From the NCBI GenBank assembly GCA_963729715.1, contig CAVSPA010000018.1, forward strand, positions 1 through 64,000: a stretch of DNA of 64,000 nt, given 5' to 3'. The notes beneath the pieces were generated by a model. The model did no database searches. It was given only the letters and a program-made list of their open reading frames with translations, and had not been told where the DNA came from. The DNA comes from an uncultured delta proteobacterium. GTDB lineage: Bacteria; Desulfobacterota; Syntrophia; Syntrophales; UBA2185. A program made the position numbers and the translations under genes. Shown one piece after another: positions 1-10,852 of this stretch (position 1 is the first letter of the stretch; each line of letters begins with the position of its first letter).

Positions 1-2
1 TT

Positions 3-3000
3 GCCTGTTTCGAGCCGCCACTGCGGGCAGAGTTATTCAGCGCCGATCAAATGGAGCAGCATGGCAGGACTCTCGCAGGCTCACATACGTTAAGCCCGAG
101 ACACGCTCCGGATCGGCTTCTGACACGGCTGGCTGAAAATGAAGTCCTCCTGATTGGAGTCCAGAATTTACTGACGGAGGCGGTAAAGGCAAACCGCCGG
201 ATTACACCTGCCGGGGAATGGCTGCTCGACAACTTCTATCTGATTGAAGAGCAGATACGCACCGCCCGGAGGCATTTGCCAAAGGGGTACAGCCGGGAAC
301 TCCCCCGCCTGATGAATGGCCCTTCGGCTGCTCTGCCGCGCGTCTATGACATTGCGCTGGAGATGATTTCACATGGCGATGGGCGGGTCGATCCGGAGAT
401 TCTCAGCAGATTTGCCGCAGCTTACCAGACTGTCACTCCACTGAAGTTAGGCGAATTGTGGGCAATACCCATCATGCTGCGCCTGGCGCTGATCGAGAAT
501 CTCCGACGCATTGCCGCCCGGATCGCTACTGATAGAATCGACCGCAACCTGGCCGATTATTGGGCAGACCAGATGACAGAGAGCGCCGAGAAGGACCCGA
601 AGAGCCTGATTCTGGTGATCGCAGACATGGCACGATCAAACCCGCCGATGGTGAGCTCTTTTATCGCGGAAATTACACGCCGTCTGCAGGGACAAGGCCC
701 TGCTCTGTCATTGCCGCTTACCTGGCTTGAGCAGCGGCTTTCCGAGTGCGGCCAGACGATCCAGCAAATGGTGCAGGCGGAGAACCAACAACAGGCTGCC
801 GATCAGGTATCCATGAGCAACAGCATCGGCAGCCTTCGTTTCCTGGGCGCGATGGACTGGCGCGAATTCGTCGAGACGATGAGCGTTGTCGACCAAGTGC
901 TGCGCGAGGACCCTGGCGGCGTTTACGGCACAATGGATTTTTCTACCCGTGACCGTTACCGCCATGTCGTGGAAAAGATAGCGAGACACAGCCGGTTTTC
1001 CGAGAGCGAGGTGGCGCGCACGGCGATCGGGCTGGCGCATGAGGGTGCGAACGGGAAAGACGGCAATGATCGCGCGGCACATGTCGGCTTTTACCTGATC
1101 GACAAGGGATTGCCCCAACTTGAACTGGCGCTGGAGGTACGCCTTTCCCCATCTGAGTACCTTCAGAGATGGAGCCGCCGGTTTCCTTTGCTCCTCTATC
1201 TGGGTACAATCACACTGATGACGGCAATCTTCGCCGGGGGCTTACTGGCGAAGGCGCATGTCGGTGCGTTGCCGGGATGGGCAATTGTTCTGATCGTACT
1301 CCTCTCAGTTCTAAGCGTAAGTCAGCTGGCCGTTGCCCTGGTGAACTTGCTGGCGACGCTGTTGGCGACACCCCATCCGTTGCCGCGAATGGACTTCTCC
1401 AAAGGGATACCGCCGGAATTCTGCACACTGGCCGTGGTTCCGACGATGCTCACAAGCAGGCAGAATATAGAGGACCTGATCGAGGCGCTTGAAGTGCGGT
1501 TCCTGGCAAATCAGGACGCTAACCTCCACTTCGGCCTATTGACCGATTTTCGGGACGCACAGGAGGAAAGGCTGGCTGAGGACGAACCGCTGTTGAGGCT
1601 TGCCCGGCAAAGGATCGAAGAGCTGAATATCAAGTACGGTCATTCCCGGGGCGACACCTTCTTCCTTTTCCATCGTCCGCGTCGATGGAATACTCAGGAG
1701 CGGATATGGATGGGTTATGAGCGCAAACGGGGGAAACTGGCGGAATTAAATGCTCTCCTGCGCGGCGGGGAAAATGCGGAGGATCGTTTTTCCCTCATCA
1801 TCGGTGACCTGACAGTCCTATCGAACGTGAAGTATGTGATCACGCTGGATACGGATACGCAACTGTCGCGCGACACGGCATGGCAGTTTGTGGGCGCCAT
1901 GGCGCACCCTCTGAATCGTACACGGTACGACGAAGATAAGCAGCGTGTCTGTGAAGGTTACGGCATCCTTCAGCCACGGGTCGCCGTAAGCCTGCCTGGC
2001 ATGAACCGGTCGCGGTATGCGGCAATGTGGGGAAGCGAGCCTGGCATCGATCCCTATACGCGTGCAGTTTCCGATGTTTACCAGGACCTGTTTGGCGAAG
2101 GCTCGTTCATCGGCAAGGGCATTTACGAGATTGATGCCTTTGAGCGAACGCTCAAAGGACGTTTCCCCGAGAACCGGATCCTCAGCCACGATCTTCTGGA
2201 AGGGTGTTATGCGCGGGCGGGGTTGTTGAGCGATGTAATGCTCTATGAGGAATATCCGCATCGCTACAATGCAGACGTGAACCGTCGGCATCGCTGGATT
2301 CGCGGTGATTGGCAGCTCCTGCGATGGCTGCTGTCGGGTGTTCCCGGCCCTGATGCGCATCTTCAAAAGAATCCGCTCTCATGGCTGTCCCAATGGAAGA
2401 TATTCGACAACCTGCGGCGCAGTCTCGTGCCAACGGCGTTGACAATCCTTTTACTGCTGGGCTGGACGGTCTTGTCAGCTGCCTGGTTCTGGACCCTGTC
2501 GGTGCTCGGAATCATCCTGATCCCTTCTCTGATTATCTCTCTCCTGCAAACGCTTCGGAAGCCGGACGATGTGCTTCTGAGTCAGCACCTTGATGCCAAT
2601 CTGCACTCCGCCGGCCGGCACTTCGCTCAGGCGGCATTTACGCTCATCTGCCTTCCCTACGAGGCGTTTTTCAGTCTTGATGCGATTGTACGCACGGGCT
2701 GGCGGATGCTGATCACCCACAAGCGGCTTCTCGAATGGAATACGTCGGCCGAACGAAATGGCAGTGACCGCACGGGCCTTGGTTCTTTTTGCCGATCCAT
2801 GTGGATCGCCCCGGTTCTTGCCGTTTTCGCGGTTATCGATCTGACGCTTTCGAGGCCGGCGACATTAGCGGTGGCCGGGCCCATACTGGGACTCTGGTTT
2901 GTCTCTCCTTTTGTCGCCTGGTGGATCAGCCGGCCGCTTGCTCGTCGCGAAGCAAGGCTGACGGATGACCAGATCACCTTTCTCCGGAAACTTTCCCGCA

Positions 3001-6000
3001 AGACCTGGGCGTTTTTCGAAACCTTCGTCGGCCCGGAAGATCATTGGCTGCCCCCTGACAATTTTCAGGAGCATCCCGTTGCCGTAATTGCACATCGCAC
3101 GTCACCGACCAACATGGGCCTGGCCCTTCTCGCAAATTTGTCCGCCTACGACTTCGGCTACATCTCGGCGGGACAATTCATCGAGCGTACGGCAAATGCA
3201 CTCCATACAATGGAATCATTGGAACGTTACCGAGGCCACTTCTATAACTGGTACGACACGCAATCCCTGCAACCTCTGCGGCCTACCTACATCTCGACGG
3301 TGGACAGCGGAAACCTTGCCGGCCATTTGCTGACACTGCGGCAGGGACTGCTCGCACTTCCCGACGACCGGATTCTGGGATCGCAGGTGCTTGAGGGAAT
3401 CAGCGACACCATCCGTATCCTCGAGGACATGGATGGTAAAATTGCTTCGGACCAACTCGTGCAACTGCAAAAACTGCTGAAGTCCGCAATCGATTCCCCG
3501 CCCACCACGCTTTCGGCGACGCGGCTGTGCCTTGATCAGTTGGCAGCGTCCGCCGCGGAAGTGGTCACCGACGTCGATGTTCTCGATGCGGACCCCGAGA
3601 GCCAGGCGCAGTGGTGGGCGCATGCCCTTGCCGGGCAATGCCGGGCCGCCCTCGATGATCTGACGTTTCTCGCGGCCTGGACATCATTGCCGGCATCGCC
3701 GGACAGGCTCCGCGAGATGCCGGATATCGACGAAATCCCGACGCTGCGCCAATTGGCCAACCTTGAGGCGGAATTCCTGCAAGCAATCGAAGGACGGCCA
3801 AACTCTGACGAGACATCGGAGAGCGTATGGCCTGGCGAACTTCGTCATCTCATTAAGGAGGCAAGCCGACGCGCTGGAGAGAGGATTATGGTAATCGAAG
3901 GGCTGGCACGGCAAATCGACGAACTCACCCATATGGAATACGACTTTCTGTTCGACGAGCCATGCAATCTCCTGGCTATCGGGTACAACGTTGGTGAACG
4001 TCGGCGGGACCCGAGTTACTACGATCTACTGGCTTCGGAAGCAAGATTTTGCAGTTTCATTGCGATTGCGCAGGGACAGCTGCCGCAGGAGAGCTGGTTT
4101 GCTCTGGGACGTTTGCTGACCACAGCCGGTGGAGAACAGGTCCTCCTTTCGTGGAGCGGTTCGATGTTCGAATACCTCATGCCGCTCCTGGTGATGCCGA
4201 CGTACGAACACACACTGCTCGATCAGACCTACAAGGCGGCGGTGGCCCGGCAGATCGAGTATGGGAGGAAACGCGCGGTGCCCTGGGGCAGTTCGGAATC
4301 CGGCTACAACGCAATCGACGTTCATCTCAACTACCAGTACCGCGCCTTTGGCGTACCTGGCCTGGGTCTCAAACGCGGGCTCGCCGAGGATCTGGTCATT
4401 GCGCCCTATGCCTCTGCGCTGGCGCTGATGGTAGCGCCCGAAGAGGCATGCCTGAATCTCGAGCGTCTTGCGTCTGAAGGCGTTATGGGAACGTATGGTT
4501 TTTATGAGGCAATCGACTACACTCCTTCCCGTCTGCCGCGCGGACAATCAAGCGCTGTGGTCCGGTCCTTCATGGAACATCATCAGGGCATGAGCTTCCT
4601 CTCTCTGGCCTATGCGCTCCTGGACCGTCCGATGCAGAAGCGATTTGAGTCGGAACCCATGTTCCAGGCGACCATGCTGTTACTCCAGGAGCGAATCCCC
4701 AAGGCGACGGCATTCTATGCACGCACCGCCGAGCTCTCCGACCGCCATGCAGCAGCCATGGGCACTGAGGCGCCGGTGCGCGTGTTCGGCAGCCCGAACA
4801 CGCCAAAACCGGAAGTGCACTTGTTGTCAAACGGCAGATACCACGTGATGATCACGAACGCAGGCGGCGGGTACAGCCGCTGGAAGGACATGGCCGTCAC
4901 CCGCTGGCGCGAAGATAGCACCTGCGATAATTGGGGCACCTTCTGTTACATCCGCGACGTGACGAGTGGGGAATTCTGGTCAACGGCCTATCAGCCGGCG
5001 CTCAAACAAGCGGATACTTATGAAACGATCTTTTCGGAGGCGAAAGCGGAGTTCCGTTGCCGCGACCACGACCTCGACACGCATACGGAAATTGCGGTTT
5101 CGCCCGAGGATGACATCGAGTTGCGCCGCATCACCATCATCAACCGTTCCGGGAAACGCAGAGCGATTGATGTCACGAGTTATGCGGAGGTCGTCCTCGC
5201 CTCGCCGGCCGCGGATGCACTGCATCCGGCGTTTAGCAATCTCTTTGTTCAGACCGAGATCCTCCGCCGGCAACGGGCGATTCTCTGCACGCGCCGGCCG
5301 CGCTCCCAGGGCGAGCACGCTCCTTGGATGTTTCATCTGATGGCCGTGCACGGCGCGAATATCGGAGAAATCTCTTATGAGACCGACCGCCTGCGGTTCA
5401 TCGGCCGCGGAAATACAGTTGCCTACCCGCAAGCGATGAGTGATGCATCGGCCCTCTCCGGCAGCGAGGGCTCCGTGCTGGATCCGATCGTCTCGATCCG
5501 TTATCGAATCACGCTCGATGCGGAAGAAACGGCAATGGTCAATATTGTCTCAGGCATCGGCGAGACTCGCGACTCAGCCTTAAGCCTGGTCGGGAAATAC
5601 CAGGACCGGCGTCTCGCAGATCGAGTCTTCTATCTGGCGTGGACACACAGCGATGTCTTTTTGCGGCAGATCAATGCCACGGAGGCCGACGCGCAGCTCT
5701 ACGGAAGCCTCGCCGGCTCGATGATCTATGCCAATGCTTTGCTACGCGCCGACGCGAGCGTCATCATCAAGAATCACCGCGGGCAATCCGGTCTCTGGGG
5801 CTACGCCATTTCCGGCGATTTGCCGATCCTACTCCTGCGGATTGAAGATCCGGCCAATATTGACCTGGTGCGTCAACTCATACAAGCCCATACGTACTGG
5901 CGCTTAAAAGGACTGGCGGTAGACCTGGTGATCTGGAACGAAGATCACGCCGGTTACCGGCAGCTACTCCACGATCAGATTATGGGGCTCATTGCCGTAG

Positions 6001-8654
6001 GCGTCGGAACCAACGTGACGGATCAACCGGGCGGTATTTTCGTAAGGCCTGCGGACCAGATATCGAACGAGGAACGCATCCTGCTCCAAACGGTCGCTCG
6101 CGCCGTCGTCACCGACAGCCGGGGGACGCTGGCGGACCAGATCAACCGTAGGAGCCTCGTGGAATTAACTATGCCGCTCCTTACGCCGACCCGGACTCAC
6201 CGTGGCGCTCTCCCAGCAGTTGACGCCTTGCCTCGCCACGATCTGCTGTTTTTCAACGGACTCGGTGGATTCACCCCTGATGGCCGCGAGTACATCATTA
6301 CAACCACGCATGATCAAGTGACGCCGGCGCCATGGGTGAATGTCCTGGCAAATCCGCACTTCGGAACCGTCATCTCGGAGAGCGGCTCTGCGTACACCTG
6401 GGCCGAGAATGCCCACGAGTTTCGCCTCACTCCCTGGTATAATGATCCCGTGAGTGATACGAGTGGGGAAGCGTTCTACCTCCGGGATGAAGAGCGCGGC
6501 CATTTCTGGTCTCCCATGCCGCTGCCCAGCCGCGGGACAACGCCTTACGTTACCAGGCACGGATTTGGCTACACCGTCTTCGAGCACACAGAGCGCGGCA
6601 TCCGCTCCGAGGTATGGGTTTACGTGGCCATGGACGCATCAATCAAGTTTACGGTATTGAAGGTAAGAAACGAGTCAGGCAGATCACGCCGGCTCTCTGC
6701 TACCGGATATGCGGAATGGGTTCTGGGAGATCTGCGGCCCAAAACGACCATGCATGTGATCACCGAAATTGACCCCGTGAGCGGGGCGCTTTTCGCGCGG
6801 AACCCTTACAATACGGAATTCCCCAACCGGACTGCCTTTTTCGACGTGGAAGAAGCGACCCGGACGGTGAGCGGCGACCGGACTGAATTCTTGGGGCGCA
6901 ACGGCACGCTCGCGAGTCCGGCCGCGATGACCCGGTTGCGGCTCTCCGGCAGAGTAGGGGCGGCCCTGGACCCCTGCGCCGCGATTCAGGTTTCTTTTGA
7001 ACTGGCCGATGGGCAAGAACGTGAAATCGCCTTCAGGCTCGGCGTAGGGAGGGATACCGATGACGCCGGCAACCTGGTGCATCGATTCCGGGGATCTGCC
7101 GCTGCGCGTGGCGCGCTCGAAACGGTCTGGCAATACTGGCAGCATACGCTCGGTGCAGTGAACGTGGAAACACCCGACCAGTCCCTTAACATGTTGACCA
7201 ACGGCTGGCTCTTGTACCAGACGCTGGCATGCCGCCTGTGGGCACGCAGTGGCTGCTACCAGTCCGGGGGCGCCTTCGGTTTTCGCGATCAGTTGCAGGA
7301 CGTAATGGCGCTCATCCACACCGAGCCGCGCCTCGTGCGTGAGCACCTCCTTCTTGCCGCAGAGCGTCAGTTCCCCGAGGGAGATGTACAGCACTGGTGG
7401 CATTCTCCTACGGGCCGCGGTATGCGGACACACTGTTCCGACGATTACCTCTGGCTGCCGTTGGCGATGTGCCGCTACGTCCGGAGCACCGGGGATTACG
7501 GTGTATTGGATGAGACCAGCCACTTCCTTCAGGGCCGCCCGATAAACGCGGATGAGGATTCCTATTACGATCTGCCCGGCCGGTCTCAAGAAACGGCCAG
7601 TTTGTATGAACACTGTGTAAGAGCCATCCTGAGAGGTCTCAACTATGGCGAGCACAGATTGCCGCTCATGGGCTCCGGCGACTGGAACGATGCCATGAAC
7701 ATGGTAGGTGCAGATGGGAAAGGCGAAAGCGTCTGGCTGGGCTTTTTCCTGTATGATGTGCTTATGCAATTCACTGAAGTTGCCCGCAGGCGTGGCGATC
7801 TACCCTTCGCCGAACGGTGCGAGGCAGAGGCGGCTCAAATACGCCGGAACATCGAGCAGCATGGCTGGGATGGCGGGTGGTACCGCCGCGCTTACTTCGA
7901 CGACGGCTCGCCGCTTGGCTCGATGAGCAGCCCCGAATGCCGGATTGATTCGATTGCGCAAAGCTGGTCTGTTCTCTCCGGCGCAGGTGATGCCGAACGC
8001 GCGCGCATGTCCATGGAGGCGGCGGATCAGCGCCTTATCCACCGAAACCAGGCGCTGATCCAGCTCCTGGACCCGCCCTTCGACAAGTCTGATTTGAATC
8101 CCGGCTACATAAAGGGATACGTCCCCGGCGTACGAGAGAATGGCGGGCAATACAACCATGCCGCGATCTGGATGGCGATGGCCTTCGCTCAATTGGGCGA
8201 CAGCCGGCGCGCCTGGGAACTGATGGCCATGGTCAATCCGGTGAACCGTGCGAGGTCTCCTGAGTCGATTGCGACTTACAAGGTGGAACCCTACGCCATC
8301 GCGGCTGACGTTTATGCGCTCTCACCGCACACCGGCCGTGGCGGATGGACGTGGTACACAGGTTCGGCTGGCTGGATGTACCGGCTGATCGTGGAATCAC
8401 TCCTGGGGCTGAGGCTGGAGGTGGATAGACTGAGTTTCGCACCCCTCCTCCCGGCGGATTGGGAGGGCTTCACGGTGCACTACCGTTATCGGGAAACGGT
8501 CTACCACATCGCCGTTCTGCGCAGGCAGCTTGGCGATGGCGCAACGGGTCTGACCATCGACGGCGTCCCGCAAATGGATGAGACGATTCCCCTTGTTGAC
8601 GACCATCAGGAACACGCAGTCGAGGTGAGAATACCCGCCGACGGAATTGATTGA
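3..8654 (+). CDS. ndvB: Cyclic beta-1,2-glucan synthase (GT84 plus C-terminal GH94 phosphorylase), 5'-partial
   Basis: 2867-aa ORF with ITLDTDT, SHDLLEG, RRHRWIRGDWQ and GH94 motifs (QSGGAFGFRDQLQD, GDWND, ENGGQYNHAA, WTWYTGSAGW). The frame is open to the window edge (EPPLRAELFSADQM), so the true start lies upstream. Confidence 0.93.
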   Translation, partial: ACFEPPLRAELFSADQMEQHGRTLAGSHTLSPRHAPDRLLTRLAENEVLLIGVQNLLTEAVKANRRITPAGEWLLDNFYLIEEQIRTARRHLPKGYSRELPRLMNGPSAALPRVYDIALEMISHGDGRVDPEILSRFAAAYQTVTPLKLGELWAIPIMLRLALIENLRRIAARIATDRIDRNLADYWADQMTESAEKDPKSLILVIADMARSNPPMVSSFIAEITRRLQGQGPALSLPLTWLEQRLSECGQTIQQMVQAENQQQAADQVSMSNSIGSLRFLGAMDWREFVETMSVVDQVLREDPGGVYGTMDFSTRDRYRHVVEKIARHSRFSESEVARTAIGLAHEGANGKDGNDRAAHVGFYLIDKGLPQLELALEVRLSPSEYLQRWSRRFPLLLYLGTITLMTAIFAGGLLAKAHVGALPGWAIVLIVLLSVLSVSQLAVALVNLLATLLATPHPLPRMDFSKGIPPEFCTLAVVPTMLTSRQNIEDLIEALEVRFLANQDANLHFGLLTDFRDAQEERLAEDEPLLRLARQRIEELNIKYGHSRGDTFFLFHRPRRWNTQERIWMGYERKRGKLAELNALLRGGENAEDRFSLIIGDLTVLSNVKYVITLDTDTQLSRDTAWQFVGAMAHPLNRTRYDEDKQRVCEGYGILQPRVAVSLPGMNRSRYAAMWGSEPGIDPYTRAVSDVYQDLFGEGSFIGKGIYEIDAFERTLKGRFPENRILSHDLLEGCYARAGLLSDVMLYEEYPHRYNADVNRRHRWIRGDWQLLRWLLSGVPGPDAHLQKNPLSWLSQWKIFDNLRRSLVPTALTILLLLGWTVLSAAWFWTLSVLGIILIPSLIISLLQTLRKPDDVLLSQHLDANLHSAGRHFAQAAFTLICLPYEAFFSLDAIVRTGWRMLITHKRLLEWNTSAERNGSDRTGLGSFCRSMWIAPVLAVFAVIDLTLSRPATLAVAGPILGLWFVSPFVAWWISRPLARREARLTDDQITFLRKLSRKTWAFFETFVGPEDHWLPPDNFQEHPVAVIAHRTSPTNMGLALLANLSAYDFGYISAGQFIERTANALHTMESLERYRGHFYNWYDTQSLQPLRPTYISTVDSGNLAGHLLTLRQGLLALPDDRILGSQVLEGISDTIRILEDMDGKIASDQLVQLQKLLKSAIDSPPTTLSATRLCLDQLAASAAEVVTDVDVLDADPESQAQWWAHALAGQCRAALDDLTFLAAWTSLPASPDRLREMPDIDEIPTLRQLANLEAEFLQAIEGRPNSDETSESVWPGELRHLIKEASRRAGERIMVIEGLARQIDELTHMEYDFLFDEPCNLLAIGYNVGERRRDPSYYDLLASEARFCSFIAIAQGQLPQESWFALGRLLTTAGGEQVLLSWSGSMFEYLMPLLVMPTYEHTLLDQTYKAAVARQIEYGRKRAVPWGSSESGYNAIDVHLNYQYRAFGVPGLGLKRGLAEDLVIAPYASALALMVAPEEACLNLERLASEGVMGTYGFYEAIDYTPSRLPRGQSSAVVRSFMEHHQGMSFLSLAYALLDRPMQKRFESEPMFQATMLLLQERIPKATAFYARTAELSDRHAAAMGTEAPVRVFGSPNTPKPEVHLLSNGRYHVMITNAGGGYSRWKDMAVTRWREDSTCDNWGTFCYIRDVTSGEFWSTAYQPALKQADTYETIFSEAKAEFRCRDHDLDTHTEIAVSPEDDIELRRITIINRSGKRRAIDVTSYAEVVLASPAADALHPAFSNLFVQTEILRRQRAILCTRRPRSQGEHAPWMFHLMAVHGANIGEISYETDRLRFIGRGNTVAYPQAMSDASALSGSEGSVLDPIVSIRYRITLDAEETAMVNIVSGIGETRDSALSLVGKYQDRRLADRVFYLAWTHSDVFLRQINATEADAQLYGSLAGSMIYANALLRADASVIIKNHRGQSGLWGYAISGDLPILLLRIEDPANIDLVRQLIQAHTYWRLKGLAVDLVIWNEDHAGYRQLLHDQIMGLIAVGVGTNVTDQPGGIFVRPADQISNEERILLQTVARAVVTDSRGTLADQINRRSLVELTMPLLTPTRTHRGALPAVDALPRHDLLFFNGLGGFTPDGREYIITTTHDQVTPAPWVNVLANPHFGTVISESGSAYTWAENAHEFRLTPWYNDPVSDTSGEAFYLRDEERGHFWSPMPLPSRGTTPYVTRHGFGYTVFEHTERGIRSEVWVYVAMDASIKFTVLKVRNESGRSRRLSATGYAEWVLGDLRPKTTMHVITEIDPVSGALFARNPYNTEFPNRTAFFDVEEATRTVSGDRTEFLGRNGTLASPAAMTRLRLSGRVGAALDPCAAIQVSFELADGQEREIAFRLGVGRDTDDAGNLVHRFRGSAAARGALETVWQYWQHTLGAVNVETPDQSLNMLTNGWLLYQTLACRLWARSGCYQSGGAFGFRDQLQDVMALIHTEPRLVREHLLLAAERQFPEGDVQHWWHSPTGRGMRTHCSDDYLWLPLAMCRYVRSTGDYGVLDETSHFLQGRPINADEDSYYDLPGRSQETASLYEHCVRAILRGLNYGEHRLPLMGSGDWNDAMNMVGADGKGESVWLGFFLYDVLMQFTEVARRRGDLPFAERCEAEAAQIRRNIEQHGWDGGWYRRAYFDDGSPLGSMSSPECRIDSIAQSWSVLSGAGDAERARMSMEAADQRLIHRNQALIQLLDPPFDKSDLNPGYIKGYVPGVRENGGQYNHAAIWMAMAFAQLGDSRRAWELMAMVNPVNRARSPESIATYKVEPYAIAADVYALSPHTGRGGWTWYTGSAGWMYRLIVESLLGLRLEVDRLSFAPLLPADWEGFTVHYRYRETVYHIAVLRRQLGDGATGLTIDGVPQMDETIPLVDDHQEHAVEVRIPADGID

Positions 8655-8909
8655 TAAGAACTACCTTTTTTGTGGTTGGAGTAGAAAAAAGGCTTTGTGT
8701 CAATGAAATAATGACCACAAGGTGTTACTCCCTTTCTATCAGTAATCAAAAAATGGATATTCATCGGCTGCTGAACAGTAGTAGGTGCTCAATAACCGGA
8801 ACATCCCCCTTTTTCTTTGATCATCACTGCGCACTACATGGTGAAAGTTGCTGCTGTCCAGGTCTCTATTCTCTTCCCGGTCCGGAACACAAATCCCGTT
8901 TCAACGACT

Positions 8910-9080
8910 TTACCGTTTCTTCGGCTTTGCTTTCGCATCAGATTGTTCCTTATGCAGCATAGCCCGGATAGCATCCTCAAGCAGTTCGGATAAGGTCACT
9001 TCCTTTTCCACGGCAAGTATTCTAAGTGCTTTCATGACATCCGGCTGGACCCTTACCGAATAAGTCTTCCTTTCCCCCAT
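8910..9080 (-). CDS. Ribbon-helix-helix (CopG-like) DNA-binding protein, 56 aa
   Basis: MGERKTYSVRVQPDVMKALRILAVEKEVTLSELLEDAIRAML fits the beta-alpha-alpha RHH pattern. Start re-assigned to the ATG at 9080; divergent from the ABC operon. Confidence 0.75.
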   Translation of the reverse strand: MGERKTYSVRVQPDVMKALRILAVEKEVTLSELLEDAIRAMLHKEQSDAKAKPKKR

Positions 9081-9115
9081 AATGCCACACCCAAAATTTT
9101 GAAGCCCATATTCTA

Positions 9116-9144
9116 TTGACACGCCAAGTTGGGGTTCATATACT
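9116..9144 (+). promoter_or_regulatory. sigma70 promoter of ABC operon
   Basis: TTGACA-17 nt-TATACT, ending 6 nt before the ATG at 9151. Confidence 0.7.
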
Positions 9145-9150
9145 TGCCTT

Positions 9151-9855
9151 ATGATTGAATTGAACACCGCAACCAAACGATATGGTTCCCTTGCGGCCGT
9201 CGACAATGTCTCATTTGCTGTCAAGGCGGGTGAGTATTTTGCTCTTCTTGGACCCAATGGGGCAGGAAAGACGACAATCGTTAAGATGCTTCTTGACTTT
9301 ACACGACCTACATCGGGAGCTTTGTTGTTAAACGGCCTTCCAAGCACACTTGCAGCAAGCCGCACCGCAGTCGGTTATCTGGCTGAAAACCTCCATATTC
9401 CACCGTACCTTTCAGGATGGCAGTATCTACAACGCTGTGCGGAGCTATTGTATATCAGCCGGTCCGATGCCATTGATCAATGCAGGCGCATCATCGATCT
9501 CATCGGCATACAAGGCAGGGAACACACAAAGGTGAACACCTATTCCAAGGGCATGATTCAGCGGTTCGGACTCGGAGCTGCACTCCTGGGAAATCCGAAG
9601 GTGTTAATTCTCGACGAGCCCACTGCTGGTCTTGATCCCATCGGCATCAGAGAAACACGCCAGTTTTTAGAGTCGCTTAAACATCAAGGGATGACTATCT
9701 TCCTAAATTCACACCTGCTATCGGAAGTTGAAAAAATATGCGATACTGCTGGAATCATCAACCGCGGTAAGCTTCTGGTAAAAGACGCAATTTCCAATAT
9801 TGTTAAGGACGGTGATACGCTGGAAGATGTGTTTGTAAGGCTTGTGAAGGGTTGA
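9151..9855 (+). CDS. ABC transporter ATP-binding protein
   Basis: Walker A GPNGAGKT, signature YSKGM, Walker B LILDEP, H-loop SH. Confidence 0.95.
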   Translation: MIELNTATKRYGSLAAVDNVSFAVKAGEYFALLGPNGAGKTTIVKMLLDFTRPTSGALLLNGLPSTLAASRTAVGYLAENLHIPPYLSGWQYLQRCAELLYISRSDAIDQCRRIIDLIGIQGREHTKVNTYSKGMIQRFGLGAALLGNPKVLILDEPTAGLDPIGIRETRQFLESLKHQGMTIFLNSHLLSEVEKICDTAGIINRGKLLVKDAISNIVKDGDTLEDVFVRLVKG

Positions 9856-9856
9856 C

Positions 9857-10705
9857 ATGAAAACGCAGAAGGCGCTTCCCCCCATCATCAGGATTGCGAA
9901 ATATACGCTTACCGATGAAGTACGGCAGAAAAGCTTCGTCATCATGTTTGTTATCTACGCCATCTTCATATTTTTTATTCGTGGTTGTTATCAAGGCAAT
10001 TACATGGTGAATGGACAGTTGCTGGATGCCGGGACCGTTGTAAAGACAGTGTCGAAAGTGACCTTCCACTTCATTGCTGCAGGCGTGATGCTCATAGCGG
10101 CTTTACTTTCGATGCGTGTATTTAGGCGCGACCGGGACGATGGGATGCAAGCGTGTATTTTGTCCAAACCGATAGCTCGGTGGCAGTATGTTACGGGTAA
10201 GATAATCGGATTGTGGGCTTTATCGGTACTATTCATGTTTATCCTGCACAGTATTGTGTTTTTAATTACATCCATAAATTTGAAGATTGTCATGCCGGAA
10301 TACCTCATTGCCTCACTGCTATGCTCTTTCAACCTCCTCTTTGTGGTTGTTGCCGCACTTTTTTTATCGCTCTTGATATCCGATATTGTCTCTTTTCTTT
10401 GTGTTATGGGCATCGGCATCGTGAGCTTTGTGGCCGACGGGATATCAGCTATAAGCCACAGTCAGATGGCACAGGCGATGATGCAGCAACCGGGTGCCCA
10501 CCCGCATTCGGACTTCACTTGGTGGAAAGTTATCTACTATTTATGGCCAAAGCTCTCAGGTACGCAGCAGTTGGCTTCTTCGTTGATTGGCAGCGAAGCC
10601 CTCCATGGGTTCGGGTCCATATATCCGCTCATCAATGTCGTTCTTTATTGTCTTATCCTCGGTGTATTGCTATTCTGGTATTTTGGCAATGAAGACATAA
10701 TTTGA
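9857..10705 (+). CDS. ABC-2 type permease
   Basis: Multiple TM segments, ILSKPIARWQYVTGK motif, directly after the ATPase gene. Confidence 0.85.
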   Translation: MKTQKALPPIIRIAKYTLTDEVRQKSFVIMFVIYAIFIFFIRGCYQGNYMVNGQLLDAGTVVKTVSKVTFHFIAAGVMLIAALLSMRVFRRDRDDGMQACILSKPIARWQYVTGKIIGLWALSVLFMFILHSIVFLITSINLKIVMPEYLIASLLCSFNLLFVVVAALFLSLLISDIVSFLCVMGIGIVSFVADGISAISHSQMAQAMMQQPGAHPHSDFTWWKVIYYLWPKLSGTQQLASSLIGSEALHGFGSIYPLINVVLYCLILGVLLFWYFGNEDII

Positions 10706-10852
10706 CCAGCACGATATTTCTTGCGAGAATAGTGGTGAGCGTCAAGGAAAAGGCAGAGCATGACCTTGTCAGGTGTGGTCTACGAGATGGTGATTGCCCT
10801 CCGCGGCAAGTTCCCATCTACCCCTGGCGTATAGAGGAATGATGAGGAATCT

